Shown here: positions 1 to 9,249 of the stretch, piece by piece | How the letters are laid out: every line of letters starts with the position of its first letter | Position numbering within the stretch: the first letter of the stretch is position 1 | Source of the DNA: Candidatus Micrarchaeota archaeon | GTDB lineage: Archaea > Micrarchaeota > Micrarchaeia > Micrarchaeales > CABMGC01 | NCBI GenBank assembly: GCA_021852055.1 | Contig: JAJZOD010000002.1 | Coordinates: forward strand, 10,536-74,535 | DNA length: 64,000 nt | Direction: 5' to 3' | Translations under genes and position numbers: made by a program | The notes under the pieces: model-generated | What the model was told of the DNA's origin: nothing | What the model saw: the letters and a program-made list of their open reading frames with translations, nothing else | Databases searched by the model: none

Positions 1-621
1 ATAATAAGCGTATTTTCCTGCCACAGTGGCATTTATTGAGAGTGTCTGTCCCGTTTGGCCCAAAACCGGGACTCCTGTGCCTGTTGTGTCGTTATACCAT
101 TGATATTTGTACGGGGGCACTCCATGGGCTGCAGTAGCTGTCAGAGTAATTGTTTGGCCAACATATGAATTAGATTGCTGAGGAGATATCGATGCTGTAA
201 GTGGAGGGACGACAATCTTCACTGATACTGGAGAGGATGATACTGTTTTTGCCGGAGTTTCAGAATCACTTACAGAAACATAATATTGGTATGTGCCAGG
301 ACCTGCGGCGTTGATATATAGGGTAGTGCCGGTTTGCCCGACTATTGGTGTTGAGGAGCCGCCCGTATCATTATACCACTGGAAGTAGTACGGCTGTAGA
401 CCTCCTGTTGCAGACGCAGTAAGTGTGATAACAGACGTCACGTTTGCTATAACAGACGGTGGGGAAACTGATGCACCAAGTTGTAAACCAGTTCCTGAAC
501 CGCTTCCAGGTGCGTTCAATGATGGCGCCTGGGAATGCCAAAGAAAAAGGCCCGCAACTATTGCAATAATTAACACTACAATTACTGCTCCAATCACATG
601 TATAGTTTTCCCATCAGCCAC
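1..621 (-). CDS. Membrane-anchored surface protein with tandem Ig-like/PKD-like domains (runs off the window start; not in the ORF track)
   Basis: Manual translation from GTG at 621: MADGKTIHVIGAVIVVLIIAIVAGLFLWHSQ (TM), then two repeats 'ITLTASATGGLQPYYFQWYNDT' and 'ITLTATAAHGVPPYKYQWYNDT'. Open to position 1; GGTG upstream of the start. Confidence 0.85.
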   Translation of the reverse strand, partial: MADGKTIHVIGAVIVVLIIAIVAGLFLWHSQAPSLNAPGSGSGTGLQLGASVSPPSVIANVTSVITLTASATGGLQPYYFQWYNDTGGSSTPIVGQTGTTLYINAAGPGTYQYYVSVSDSETPAKTVSSSPVSVKIVVPPLTASISPQQSNSYVGQTITLTATAAHGVPPYKYQWYNDTTGTGVPVLGQTGQTLSINATVAGKYAYY

Positions 622-705
622 ATTTGCACCCAATACAGCTTACTTAAATATGCTTACTTAAGAAATATTTATAAATCTTATGGTCTTACAGTGCTGTGAG
701 ACATT

Positions 706-733
706 AAGAACATAAGTCAAAGAACATAAGTCA
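706..733. repeat. Perfect 14-bp tandem duplication AAGAACATAAGTCA x2
   Basis: Read directly at 706-719 and 720-733, upstream of the surface-protein gene. Confidence 0.9.
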
Positions 734-844
734 ATAACTACCACATTTATCCTTTGTTGTTTATTGCCACAAGGTAAACTTCTTTACTAGTATACTCTAG
801 GGCAATCCGCCTTTGCCCTGGTGCCAAATTTAGTAACGTAATGG

Positions 845-897
845 CTCGCTTTCCTCCAATTCGTAAACGGCGTGGAGTTTCTCGCTCACGTTGTTAA
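845..897 (-). mobile_element. Degenerate IS200/IS605-like left-end remnant
   Basis: Minus strand TTAA-caacgtgagcgagaaactccacgccgtttacgaattggaggaaagcgag resembles the hairpin portion of the repeats at 2052-2160 and 55382-55493. Confidence 0.55.
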
Positions 898-920
898 GAA
901 AAAGCTGTGCAGTGCATGGT

Positions 921-2036
921 TCAAAGCTTTACCATGCTTCCAGGCGTCTTCAAAAGCCTTGGGATAGACGCACTATACGGCGCTTGTACTACTCCCAATT
1001 CTGTTACAATAGCCGATACATACTCCGGCGGAGTTCTGTCGAATGCAGGATTAAGCACCCCCACGCCCTTTGGAACAACAGTTGTGCCCCCAAGCAAAGT
1101 CTCAACCTCTTCCGGCCTTCTCTGCTCTATTCTTACGCTTTCAACATTATGCAAAATGTCGAATGTCGATGTCGGAGCCGCAACATATGTCTTCATGTTG
1201 AGCTCTTTCGCCATCATCGCAAGACCGAAAGTTCCTATCTTGTTATAAATAGTGCCGCACTCTTTTGTACGTGCTGCAAGTATCCTGTCTGCGCCAGCCC
1301 ACACTGCCGTTGCCTTCTCCTCGCGCATAATGTGTCCGGCCATATTGTCTGTTATTACCTGCACAGGTATGCTGTCTTTGTGGAGTTCCCACGCCGTAAG
1401 CCTTGCTCCTTGATAAAGCGGCGCAGTGTATGTAGCCAGCACCTTGAATCTGATTCCGTCTGACCACGCTGCCCTAAGCGGTGCGGTGGCTGTGCCCAGC
1501 CCATCACACGCAAGCGTGCCTGCATTGCATACAGTTACAAGAACATCGCCGTCGTTTATTAACTTTTTTCCATGCCTGCCTATCTCATAAGTGGCATTTA
1601 TGTTGCTCTGCTGAATCTTCTTTGCGGTTGATATAGCCTCTTCCTTCACTTCTGAAGGCGTCTTCCCGTTTTTGATTGCAGCGAAGACAAGCTCTTGTAT
1701 AACTTTCACTCCCCAGCTCAGATTTACTGCTGTAGGTCTTGCCTCGGCAAGCTGTTTCCCCTGCTCGGTTATGTTTTTCAGTATGTCGCTGTTTGAATTC
1801 ACCGAGTTATTGGCTATCATAGCTGTGCCATATGCCCCTGCCTCACCCAATATCGGTGCACCCCGTATCTCAAGTTTCTGTATGGCCCTGATAAGTCTGC
1901 CAAGGTCTTTTGTGGAGCTGTAAACCTCTTTCCACGGTATCTGTGTGTTGTCCAGCCACACTATCTCCTCCTTGGCTTCATCCCATGTTATCGGTACAAT
2001 TCTTGTTGCAGAGCCAATTTTTTCCATACATACCAA
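921..2036 (-). CDS. mtnA: S-methyl-5-thioribose-1-phosphate isomerase (eIF2B-like family)
   Basis: Motifs IRGAP, ARPTAVNL, CNAGTLA..GTA, QGARLTAWEL, GADRI, NKIGT, NPAFDRTP. Confidence 0.85.
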   Translation of the reverse strand: MVCMEKIGSATRIVPITWDEAKEEIVWLDNTQIPWKEVYSSTKDLGRLIRAIQKLEIRGAPILGEAGAYGTAMIANNSVNSNSDILKNITEQGKQLAEARPTAVNLSWGVKVIQELVFAAIKNGKTPSEVKEEAISTAKKIQQSNINATYEIGRHGKKLINDGDVLVTVCNAGTLACDGLGTATAPLRAAWSDGIRFKVLATYTAPLYQGARLTAWELHKDSIPVQVITDNMAGHIMREEKATAVWAGADRILAARTKECGTIYNKIGTFGLAMMAKELNMKTYVAAPTSTFDILHNVESVRIEQRRPEEVETLLGGTTVVPKGVGVLNPAFDRTPPEYVSAIVTELGVVQAPYSASIPRLLKTPGSMVKL

Positions 2037-2051
2037 TTATTGTTTCATATC

Positions 2052-2160
2052 TGTGACATCCATATTGTTTACATAGTTACCCATGTTTATATACCTTATT
2101 TATGCAGTTCGCTCTCATCCAACCGTTAAAACATGTGGGATTTCCCGCTCACGCATTTAA
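2052..2160 (-). mobile_element. ~100-bp IS200/IS605-like mini-element (left-end hairpin plus TATA box), copy A
   Basis: About 90% identical by eye to 55394-55493 (inverted). Subterminal hairpin TCCCAC..TTGGA, preceded by TTAA, ends GGATGTCAC. Confidence 0.75.
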
Positions 2161-2234
2161 TGCAGGAAATTATGCTCTGCATCTAGTTTTGCCAGTGTAT
2201 CTGGCACGACTACAGCTTGTCAATATCTGTCTGG

Positions 2235-3503
2235 CTACTGAAATCCTTCCGCATCTGTTGTATCTGTGTGCAAAGGCCTGCTTTCTGCGCCAGAATTCTG
2301 CTCATCAGGTTGCGTGTTAAACAGGCTTTTTTCTATCATCTCCTTTATCTTTTCAGGCTGGTACATGAGCTTAACAAGCCTCGTATGCCCACGAACCCCC
2401 TTGCCTGATTCATAACTCGTTACTATGCCCTGCATCTGCAGGTCTGTGACGTACCTTCTGTAAAGCCGTGCGCCTTTAGTCTCTTTATGCAAAGACTGGG
2501 TTATCGACACATATCTGTCGTATATCTCGCCACTAAGCAGAAAAGCATCGTCCTGCTTATCTAATTTTTTGTATCTGCCTCCTGTTAAAGACATTACGGC
2601 TATGGCATATACTATTAGCCGCTGATGCTCTGGTAGCGTGCCTATGACTTCATAAGCTATCTCCTCCTCTGCTATGCGTGCAGCATCACCTACGTCATTT
2701 ACGGTTATGCTCTTCCCGCCCCTGTTCTCTGCTATCTCACCTGCCTTTGTTATTATCTTAAGTGCAAGCCGTGCGTCGCCGCTCTCCTTTGCCGCTATTG
2801 CAGAAGCAAGATTTATTGACGCCTGGTCAACTACCCCTGGTCTGAATCCTTTTACTACCCTATCATTCAATATGGCTGACAACTCCGAAGAGTTATATGG
2901 TGGAAAGGCTATCTCGTTTTCATAAAGCGTAGACAGGCTCCTAGGGTCAAGCTCTTCCTTGAAAGAGAGCTTGTTCGACACTCCTATTATTGTTATGCCA
3001 CCTGATTTTATGTCGCTGTTAGCCCTAGTGAGAGTGTACACAAGGTCGTCAAGATCCCTTATAATGTCAAGTTCATCAAGTACTACTATGAGTATTTTGT
3101 TATCCTCCTCCATCCAGCTTATTATCTTTTCGTATATGTCTATTATTCCCAAACCCCTTTTAGCATACATTGGTATGTGGTCGCTGGCTATCTTGCTGAG
3201 GACCCTGTAGCGCGAGTTGTATATCCTGCAGTTTACATAAGTTATCTTTGCCTTGACAACAGGCAGAAGCCTCACCCTCTCTACTACATATTTTATGCTC
3301 GATGTCTTGCCTGTGCCTGTCTTACCATATATGAATACATTCCTCCCGCGCTCTCCACGCAGAGACGGCGTCAGTGCCTTTTCTATCTCGTTTATCTGCC
3401 TGTCCCTAAAGAGGAGCTTGTCAGGAACATAATGCGGCGAGAGAACCTCTCTGTACGCAAATATCTCCGACTCCTTAAAAAGCTCTGCAAACGGTTCAGC
3501 CAA
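2235..3503 (-). CDS. cdc6: Orc1/Cdc6 replication initiator
   Basis: LSPHYVPDKLLFRD, Walker A GKTGTGKT, Walker B VLDELD, FPPYN, GDARLAL, C-terminal wHTH; TTG start. Confidence 0.95.
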   Translation of the reverse strand: MAEPFAELFKESEIFAYREVLSPHYVPDKLLFRDRQINEIEKALTPSLRGERGRNVFIYGKTGTGKTSSIKYVVERVRLLPVVKAKITYVNCRIYNSRYRVLSKIASDHIPMYAKRGLGIIDIYEKIISWMEEDNKILIVVLDELDIIRDLDDLVYTLTRANSDIKSGGITIIGVSNKLSFKEELDPRSLSTLYENEIAFPPYNSSELSAILNDRVVKGFRPGVVDQASINLASAIAAKESGDARLALKIITKAGEIAENRGGKSITVNDVGDAARIAEEEIAYEVIGTLPEHQRLIVYAIAVMSLTGGRYKKLDKQDDAFLLSGEIYDRYVSITQSLHKETKGARLYRRYVTDLQMQGIVTSYESGKGVRGHTRLVKLMYQPEKIKEMIEKSLFNTQPDEQNSGAESRPLHTDTTDAEGFQ

Positions 3504-4310
3504 TCAATCGCCCACTATCCTATCTACAATATTTATGTACTCCTTTTTAATCTTTTCATCTTCAAGAACAGCTATCCTCCCAAGATCGCTGAAACCTGAC
3601 AATGAAGGGTCAAGCTTTATAAAGCCAAGGACATCACAGCCAAGTGCCTCAGCAACCTCTCTGCCTCCTTTAATATTTCCGTCGGACATGTTTTCTACTA
3701 CACCGAGGATAGCCACGCCGAGCCGTTTCGCCATCATACCTGATCGTATTGCGTTTATTGCAGGTATATGCTGTGGTGTAGTGACAATCACAAAACCCTT
3801 AAGGTCCAGAAGCTGTATTATAGAAAGCGGCGAATCGCTCGTACCCGGAGGCATGTCTATTATGAGGTAATCGAGCTCTCCCCATTCTGCATTCTCAAGA
3901 AACTCGGATATCATCTTGCCTACCATCGGGCCTCTCCATATTATGGGCTTTTTGCTGTCATCCACGAACATCGATGTCGAGAGTACTTTTACTCCATCCT
4001 TCTCAATAGGCATTATGGGATATCCGTCAGGTGCAGCAGCGTTAATTCCAAGGAACATGGAGATGTTCGGGCAGTCTATATCCGCGTCCAACAATCCCAC
4101 TTTATAGCCCATGCCTTTCAATGTATATGCTATATTTACTGCTGTGGTTGTTTTCCCAACACCTCCCTTTGCGCTGTATATGCCTATCTTATTTTTTATA
4201 CGGGCTAACTTCTCACGTATCCTTTTCTTCTGCTCTATGACTTTTAACATTGAAGGGTGCATGGTCATTTTATGTGGTGCGCCTCCCTCCAAGCCCTGCT
4301 CTGTATCCAT
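3504..4310 (-). CDS. Mrp/ApbC/NBP35-family P-loop ATPase
   Basis: SAKGGVGKTT, LLDADID, PIIWRGPM, WGELDYLIIDMPPGTSD, VVENMS; the CxxC normally following ENMS is absent. Confidence 0.9.
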   Translation of the reverse strand: MDTEQGLEGGAPHKMTMHPSMLKVIEQKKRIREKLARIKNKIGIYSAKGGVGKTTTAVNIAYTLKGMGYKVGLLDADIDCPNISMFLGINAAAPDGYPIMPIEKDGVKVLSTSMFVDDSKKPIIWRGPMVGKMISEFLENAEWGELDYLIIDMPPGTSDSPLSIIQLLDLKGFVIVTTPQHIPAINAIRSGMMAKRLGVAILGVVENMSDGNIKGGREVAEALGCDVLGFIKLDPSLSGFSDLGRIAVLEDEKIKKEYINIVDRIVGD

Positions 4311-4615
4311 GCTTCAACCTCCTGCTTATTCTCTCATGTTAATCTTATATCTTTTTGCAATTAAGCCAAGCAAGCAGATACAAAGCCCACTGCACTGCTG
4401 CGCTAGGGCATGTAAATGCATATATACCTCCTAATGTTCCGTATACTGCCGTCAGGCGCGCCACGCAAATTCAAATGCCTACTGGACAGTATAAAGCATA
4501 ATGCCGTACAAGAAAGTTATATAAGCCTTTAACTCTATATAATATAAAAGTCTTATATCTTATATAAAGTCTTTTTATTTAAGAAAATATTTAAGAAAAA
4601 CAAAAGGCGTATATT

Positions 4616-5311
4616 ATGTATCCGAACGTACAGGCTTATGACAGGGGTGTGATGTTCAACCCGGATGGACGTCTATTTCAGGTAGAATATGCAAAAGAAG
4701 CTGTAAGAAAAGGAGCAACCTCCATAGGCCTTATAGCTAAGGACAGCGTTGTCTTTGTTGCGCATAAAAATATAACAGAGCCTCTTGCAATACCTGCCAC
4801 AATACAAAAAGTTTTCAGGATAGACTCGCACATAGGCGCTACGTACAGTGGCATGGTTGCAGACGGTCTTCACATTATAGACGTTGCAAGGAACGGAGCA
4901 CAGAATCACAGGCTTGTTTATGACGATGTAAAATCTGTAGAGGCCCTGGCAAAGGACATCTCAGCTTATATGATGCAGGCAACGCAATACGGAGGCCTGC
5001 GGCCGTATGCAGTCTCATTCCTTGTAGGAGGCATAGACACAACGCCTCGTCTATTCGAGATAGAGCCTGGCGCTTCATTTCTGGGATACAAAGCCGATGC
5101 GATAGGCGTTGGCAAAAAGACAGCGACAGAGATACTGCTCAAAGAGTACAAGGACAATATCTCGTTTGACGATGCAATCAGGCTCGGCATAAAGATTATA
5201 CGTAAGATAAGCGAGGACAAGCTTGTCAAGGAAAGTTTAGACATAGGCTATGTCGAAAGCGGCTCTGACTATAAACTTCTCTCTTCAGAAGAGATAAGCC
5301 AGTACCTGTAA
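4616..5311 (+). CDS. psmA: Proteasome alpha subunit
   Basis: YDRGVMFNPDGRLFQVEYAKEAV, TQYGGLRPYAVS. Confidence 0.97.
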   Translation: MYPNVQAYDRGVMFNPDGRLFQVEYAKEAVRKGATSIGLIAKDSVVFVAHKNITEPLAIPATIQKVFRIDSHIGATYSGMVADGLHIIDVARNGAQNHRLVYDDVKSVEALAKDISAYMMQATQYGGLRPYAVSFLVGGIDTTPRLFEIEPGASFLGYKADAIGVGKKTATEILLKEYKDNISFDDAIRLGIKIIRKISEDKLVKESLDIGYVESGSDYKLLSSEEISQYL

Positions 5312-5314
5312 TCA

Positions 5315-6007
5315 GTGAACAGAATGTCAAAGACTGTAGTCGCCAAATACTCCCACATGGGAGAAGAGTTCGAGATCTTTGTCGACTCTGATCTGGCGTA
5401 CGATTTTATAATAGGAAAGATAAAGGATCCCCTCAAGGTGCTTCAGGCAGAGGAGGTTTTCAAGGATGCAAACAAAGGGGAGCGCCAGAGCCAGGACAAG
5501 ATAAAGAAGGTTTTTAACACAACAGACATAATACAGATAACCGAAACAATACTCAAAAAAGGGGAAGTCCCTATAACAACAGAACAGAGAAATAAGCTTG
5601 TGCAGGAGAAGAAGAAACAGATAATAAACATAATAGCCATAAACTCCATAGACCCGCGCACAAACGCTCCCCACACATCGCAGCGAATAGAGTCTGCCAT
5701 GGAACAGGCAAGGGTAAACATAGAGCCGTTTAAGAGTGCAACCGAACAGGTAGAAGCTGTCCTAAAGCGCATAAACCCCATACTGCCCATAAAGTTTGCT
5801 ACTATGAAGATAGAAGTGAATATACCTGCATCATACGCAAACAGGTGCTACGGAGTGCTGAAACATTACGGCATTAAATCGGAAGAGTGGCTCTCAAACG
5901 GCTCGCTAAAGGCGAACCTGGAATTTCCAGCAGGCCTTCGCGATGAGATATTAGAAAAGCTGAACAGCCTCACAAAAGGCGAAATTCAGATAAAGACAGA
6001 GGTATAA
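5315..6007 (+). CDS. Ribosome maturation factor SBDS/Sdo1 (start may be 5324)
   Basis: GEEFEIFVD, VFKDANKGE, ITTEQR, IDPRTNAPH; canonical position between psmA and rrp4. Confidence 0.93.
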   Translation: MNRMSKTVVAKYSHMGEEFEIFVDSDLAYDFIIGKIKDPLKVLQAEEVFKDANKGERQSQDKIKKVFNTTDIIQITETILKKGEVPITTEQRNKLVQEKKKQIINIIAINSIDPRTNAPHTSQRIESAMEQARVNIEPFKSATEQVEAVLKRINPILPIKFATMKIEVNIPASYANRCYGVLKHYGIKSEEWLSNGSLKANLEFPAGLRDEILEKLNSLTKGEIQIKTEV

Positions 6008-6009
6008 AA

Positions 6010-6660
6010 ATGAAAAGAATAATAGTTCCAGGGGATCTGGTAGAGGATAAGCCTCTACATCTAATGGACACATTTATAGAAGAGAACAAAACATATGCTA
6101 CAGTTATAAGCATATACGACGATGAAAAGAAGTCGCTTGTGCCACTGGAAGGGCTATGGTATCCACAAAGGGACGAGCCAGTGATAGGCGTTATAGAAGA
6201 GGCGAAACTCAATACATACACAGTCCAGCTTTCTGCGCCTTACAAAGGCATAATAATCTCAAAATACACAGAAGGCAAGATAGAAAACGGCGATATGGTT
6301 GAGGCATATGTCAAGGAGCTTGATAAAACAGGCACTGTAGTGCTGTCAAGGCCAAGGGTTCTTCATGGCGGTAAAATAGTCATCATAAGGCCTGCAAAGG
6401 TGCACCGCCTTCTGGGTAGGGCCAACACAATGGTAAAGCAGATATCAGACGGCACAGGGGCTATGATAAAGGTAGGCATGAACGGTGCAGTATGGCTCAA
6501 AGGCGGCAATATAGATATAGCAACCGATGCTGTTTTGCGCATCCAGAACGAAGCGCACATCTCAGGGCTAACTGAAAGAATAGGTAATATGGTAAAAGAC
6601 ACTGCACCTAAAAATGCATCAGAGCCACAAGCACCAAAAAAGCATGAGGAATCTGCATGA
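6010..6660 (+). CDS. rrp4: Exosome RNA-binding subunit Rrp4
   Basis: IVPGD, VPLEG.WYPQ.DEPVIG (S1), KH-like region with VGMNGAVW, EAHISGLTERI; operon context. Confidence 0.9.
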   Translation: MKRIIVPGDLVEDKPLHLMDTFIEENKTYATVISIYDDEKKSLVPLEGLWYPQRDEPVIGVIEEAKLNTYTVQLSAPYKGIIISKYTEGKIENGDMVEAYVKELDKTGTVVLSRPRVLHGGKIVIIRPAKVHRLLGRANTMVKQISDGTGAMIKVGMNGAVWLKGGNIDIATDAVLRIQNEAHISGLTERIGNMVKDTAPKNASEPQAPKKHEESA

Positions 6661-7397
6661 AAAATAACGGAATACAACTTATAACAAATGGGAAAAGGCT
6701 TGATGGAAGAACTGCAAGAGACATGCGTAGCATCAAGATAACTCCGAACGTTGTCAAGAACGCTGCGGGTTCGGCTTCTATAGAGTGGGGCAACAACAAG
6801 ATAATAGCTGCTGTGCACGGGCCTACGGAAGCGCTGCCAAGGCATACCGCTAATCCGGATCGTGCAGTAGTCAAGTGCAGATATATGATGGCGCCATTCT
6901 CTTCATCAGAAGAGCACGGCCGTGCCGGCATGAACAGGCGCGCAGTAGAGATATCAAAAGTCACAGCCGAGGTTTTCGAAAATGTAATACTTCTTGACCA
7001 GTTTCCAGGAACCGAGATAAGCATATATGTAGAGGTGCTTCAGAGCGACGGCGGCACACGCGCGGCAGGCATAACCTGTGCGTCAGTGGCGCTCGCCCTT
7101 TCTGGAATACCCATGAAAGATCTGCCATATGCCGTCTCAGTAGGCAAGGTAGGCAATGACCTTATACTAGATCTCGACAAAATCGAGGACAACTACTCAG
7201 AGGCAGACATGCCTGTAGCCATACTGCCAAGAACCAATTCTATAGTTTTACTGCAGATGGACGGCGCCATGACAAAGGAACAGTTTAAGGAAGGTCTGGC
7301 TATGGTGATAGAGTCAGGCAAAGAGATATCAAGGATACAAAAGGAAGCGATACGGGCAGCTTACCAAGAACCTGAGAAGGAAAAAGCACACATGTGA
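6657..7397 (+). CDS. rrp41: Exosome RNase PH subunit Rrp41
   Basis: RLDGR, GSASIEWGNNKI, YMMAPFS, RRAVEISKV, DGGTR, EDNYSEADMP. Confidence 0.96.
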   Translation: MKNNGIQLITNGKRLDGRTARDMRSIKITPNVVKNAAGSASIEWGNNKIIAAVHGPTEALPRHTANPDRAVVKCRYMMAPFSSSEEHGRAGMNRRAVEISKVTAEVFENVILLDQFPGTEISIYVEVLQSDGGTRAAGITCASVALALSGIPMKDLPYAVSVGKVGNDLILDLDKIEDNYSEADMPVAILPRTNSIVLLQMDGAMTKEQFKEGLAMVIESGKEISRIQKEAIRAAYQEPEKEKAHM

Positions 7398-7401
7398 TTT
7401 T

Positions 7402-8181
7402 ATGCGAACAATAACAAATGAATTTATGCGGGAGAGGATTGCAGCAGGCATCAGAAACACAAAAAGAGGCAACATGTCATACAGAAAAGTGATTGTAAAC
7501 ACTGGAAATTTGCCTAATGCGGAGGGTTCTGCAGAAGCAATTATAGGTGACACCAAAGTAATCGCAGGCATAAAGGTAGATGCTTCAACGCCGATGCCTG
7601 ATACTCCTGAAGAGGGAAATCTTACGACTTCAGCCGAGCTGTTGCCTATGGCATCTGAAAGCTATGATGTAGGTCCTCCTACTCCGGAGAGCGTCGAATT
7701 TGCGCGGGTTGTAGACCGAGGAATAAGGCACGGCAATATAATAGATATGTCAAGGTTGTTCATTGAGGCCGAAAAAGTATGGGGTATATACCTTGATCTG
7801 TATGTAATAAATTATGATGGCAACCTGTTTGATGCAGGCACTCTTGCAGCTATGGCTGCTCTCGCAACTACCAGGATGCCGCGATTTGAAGACGGCAAGG
7901 TAATAAGAGACGCCAGCATGAAAAGGATGCAGACAGGCAACATTGTAACATCCTGCACATTTGCAAAAGTGCTCGATAAGATGCTTCTGGACCCTGACAG
8001 CGCTGAAGAAAGCATAGCCAAGGCAAGGGTAACGATAGCCAACGATGGGAATGAACTGCATGCCATGCAAAAAGGCATGGGCGGCTCATTCAGTCCTGCT
8101 GAGATAAATGAACTGATATCTGCCACTTTCGAAAGCTCAAAAGAGCTGCGAGGCATAATAAAGAAAAGTATAGGTGATTGA
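7402..8181 (+). CDS. rrp42: Exosome subunit Rrp42
   Basis: AEGSA, TKVIAGIK, PDTPEEG, ARVVDRGIR, DGNLFDA, AMQKG. Confidence 0.95.
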   Translation: MRTITNEFMRERIAAGIRNTKRGNMSYRKVIVNTGNLPNAEGSAEAIIGDTKVIAGIKVDASTPMPDTPEEGNLTTSAELLPMASESYDVGPPTPESVEFARVVDRGIRHGNIIDMSRLFIEAEKVWGIYLDLYVINYDGNLFDAGTLAAMAALATTRMPRFEDGKVIRDASMKRMQTGNIVTSCTFAKVLDKMLLDPDSAEESIAKARVTIANDGNELHAMQKGMGGSFSPAEINELISATFESSKELRGIIKKSIGD

Positions 8182-8415
8182 TTGGCAAACAAGAGCATAA
8201 GATATGGAGTAAATCTGCGCAAGCGCGAAATGGCTGTAATAAAGCAGAAGAATTCAAGGTACAAATGCGACGTATGCGGCAAGGAGGCTGTAAAAAGGAT
8301 AAGCGTAGCAATATGGACATGCAAATACTGCGGCTCTACATATGCCGGCGGCGCTTACACAATGAAAACGCCTGCAGGAGAAACAGTCGCAAGAATACTG
8401 GGTAAATCGTCTTAG
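8182..8415 (+). CDS. rpl37ae: 50S ribosomal protein L37Ae
   Basis: RYGVNLRKR, CDVCG..VKR...IWTCKYCG..YAGGAY. Confidence 0.95.
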   Translation: MANKSIRYGVNLRKREMAVIKQKNSRYKCDVCGKEAVKRISVAIWTCKYCGSTYAGGAYTMKTPAGETVARILGKSS

Positions 8416-8438
8416 TGTTGATAACAAGTGTTGATTAA

Positions 8439-8801
8439 ATGGTAAAGGTAACTTTCTCGCCAATAAGCGAATTAGTAGTGCATGAAGCAGTAGAAATAAA
8501 CAAAGATGACCTCTTAAGGGAGAGGGTAACACCTGCCGGCACCATGCCTCTGTACTGGTGCAATGGCGTGCTGTTCAGTTTCTCTTCGCTTCCTATGACT
8601 GATGAGGTCGTCAAGGACTACCTTAAGGGCAGGATTCACTGGCTTGAAGTTCATTTTTCAATAGAGAACAAGTATGAGGCTGTGCTTCCTTTGAGCGAGG
8701 AGGAGTACAAGACAAGCATGAATGTGCGCGTAATAGACACATCAAGGTCTGAGCTTCACAGCCAGCTTGCAAAATGGCTGAAGTCGCTTTCAAAAAGGTA
8801 A
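8439..8801 (+). CDS. Hypothetical protein within the exosome operon
   Basis: 120-aa ORF packed between rpl37ae and rpoP; LYWCNGVLFSF core; no function recognised. Confidence 0.75.
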   Translation: MVKVTFSPISELVVHEAVEINKDDLLRERVTPAGTMPLYWCNGVLFSFSSLPMTDEVVKDYLKGRIHWLEVHFSIENKYEAVLPLSEEEYKTSMNVRVIDTSRSELHSQLAKWLKSLSKR

Positions 8802-8805
8802 TAAA

Positions 8806-8940
8806 ATGGCTTATGTATGTATGCACTGCGGGAGAGAGGTTAAGACTATAGAGAAAAGCACAGTAAGGTGCCCTTACTGCGGATACCGCGTCATGGTGAA
8901 GAAAAGGTCTTCAATAGCAAAGGAAGTTTCCACAGATTAA
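8806..8940 (+). CDS. rpoP: RNA polymerase subunit P (Rpo12); below the ORF-track cutoff
   Basis: Manual translation MAYVCMHCGREVKTIEKSTVRCPYCGYRVMVKKRSSIAKEVSTD (Zn ribbon); canonical location. Confidence 0.95.
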   Translation: MAYVCMHCGREVKTIEKSTVRCPYCGYRVMVKKRSSIAKEVSTD

Positions 8941-8998
8941 AAACCAAAATGCGACAGAAATGCGGCTTGCTGCCTTCATGTCTGTGGGAAAATTCATT

Positions 8999-9238
8999 CT
9001 AGTTTATCCCTACGACGACGTTTTCTGTTACTTTTTTAACACGCTTATACGCTACACTGTTCTTTTGCAAATCCATTCTAGGGTTCGGGCTCCTTATTAG
9101 CCGCTCAGCATCGGTAAGCAAAAGATGCGATATGCTTCCATCCTCAAAATTAAGCATTACGCCCTTTACGTCGCCAAGTATCTTTCCCTCGTTTGATATT
9201 ACCTTCTTGCCATAAAACTCAGAGATCAGCATTGACAT
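8999..9238 (-). CDS. PRC-barrel domain protein
   Basis: ISEFYGKKVISNEGKILGDVKGVMLNFEDGSI...VAYKRVKKVTENVVV pattern. Confidence 0.85.
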   Translation of the reverse strand: MSMLISEFYGKKVISNEGKILGDVKGVMLNFEDGSISHLLLTDAERLIRSPNPRMDLQKNSVAYKRVKKVTENVVVGIN

Positions 9239-9249
9239 ACAATCACTTT

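Noticed and set aside
921-2036. Ribose-1,5-bisphosphate isomerase or eIF2B subunit
   Set aside because: CNAGxLA, GARLTAWEL and the N-terminal LDxxxxP region fit MtnA better, and no AMP phosphorylase or RuBisCO gene is nearby.
2040-4615. Replication origin next to cdc6
   Set aside because: No repeated ORB-like boxes were recognised. The repeat downstream of cdc6 is an IS-like end also found at 55.4 kb. A divergent origin cannot be excluded.
8178-8405. 75-aa ORF overlapping rpl37ae
   Set aside because: Alternative frame of a clear ribosomal protein gene.
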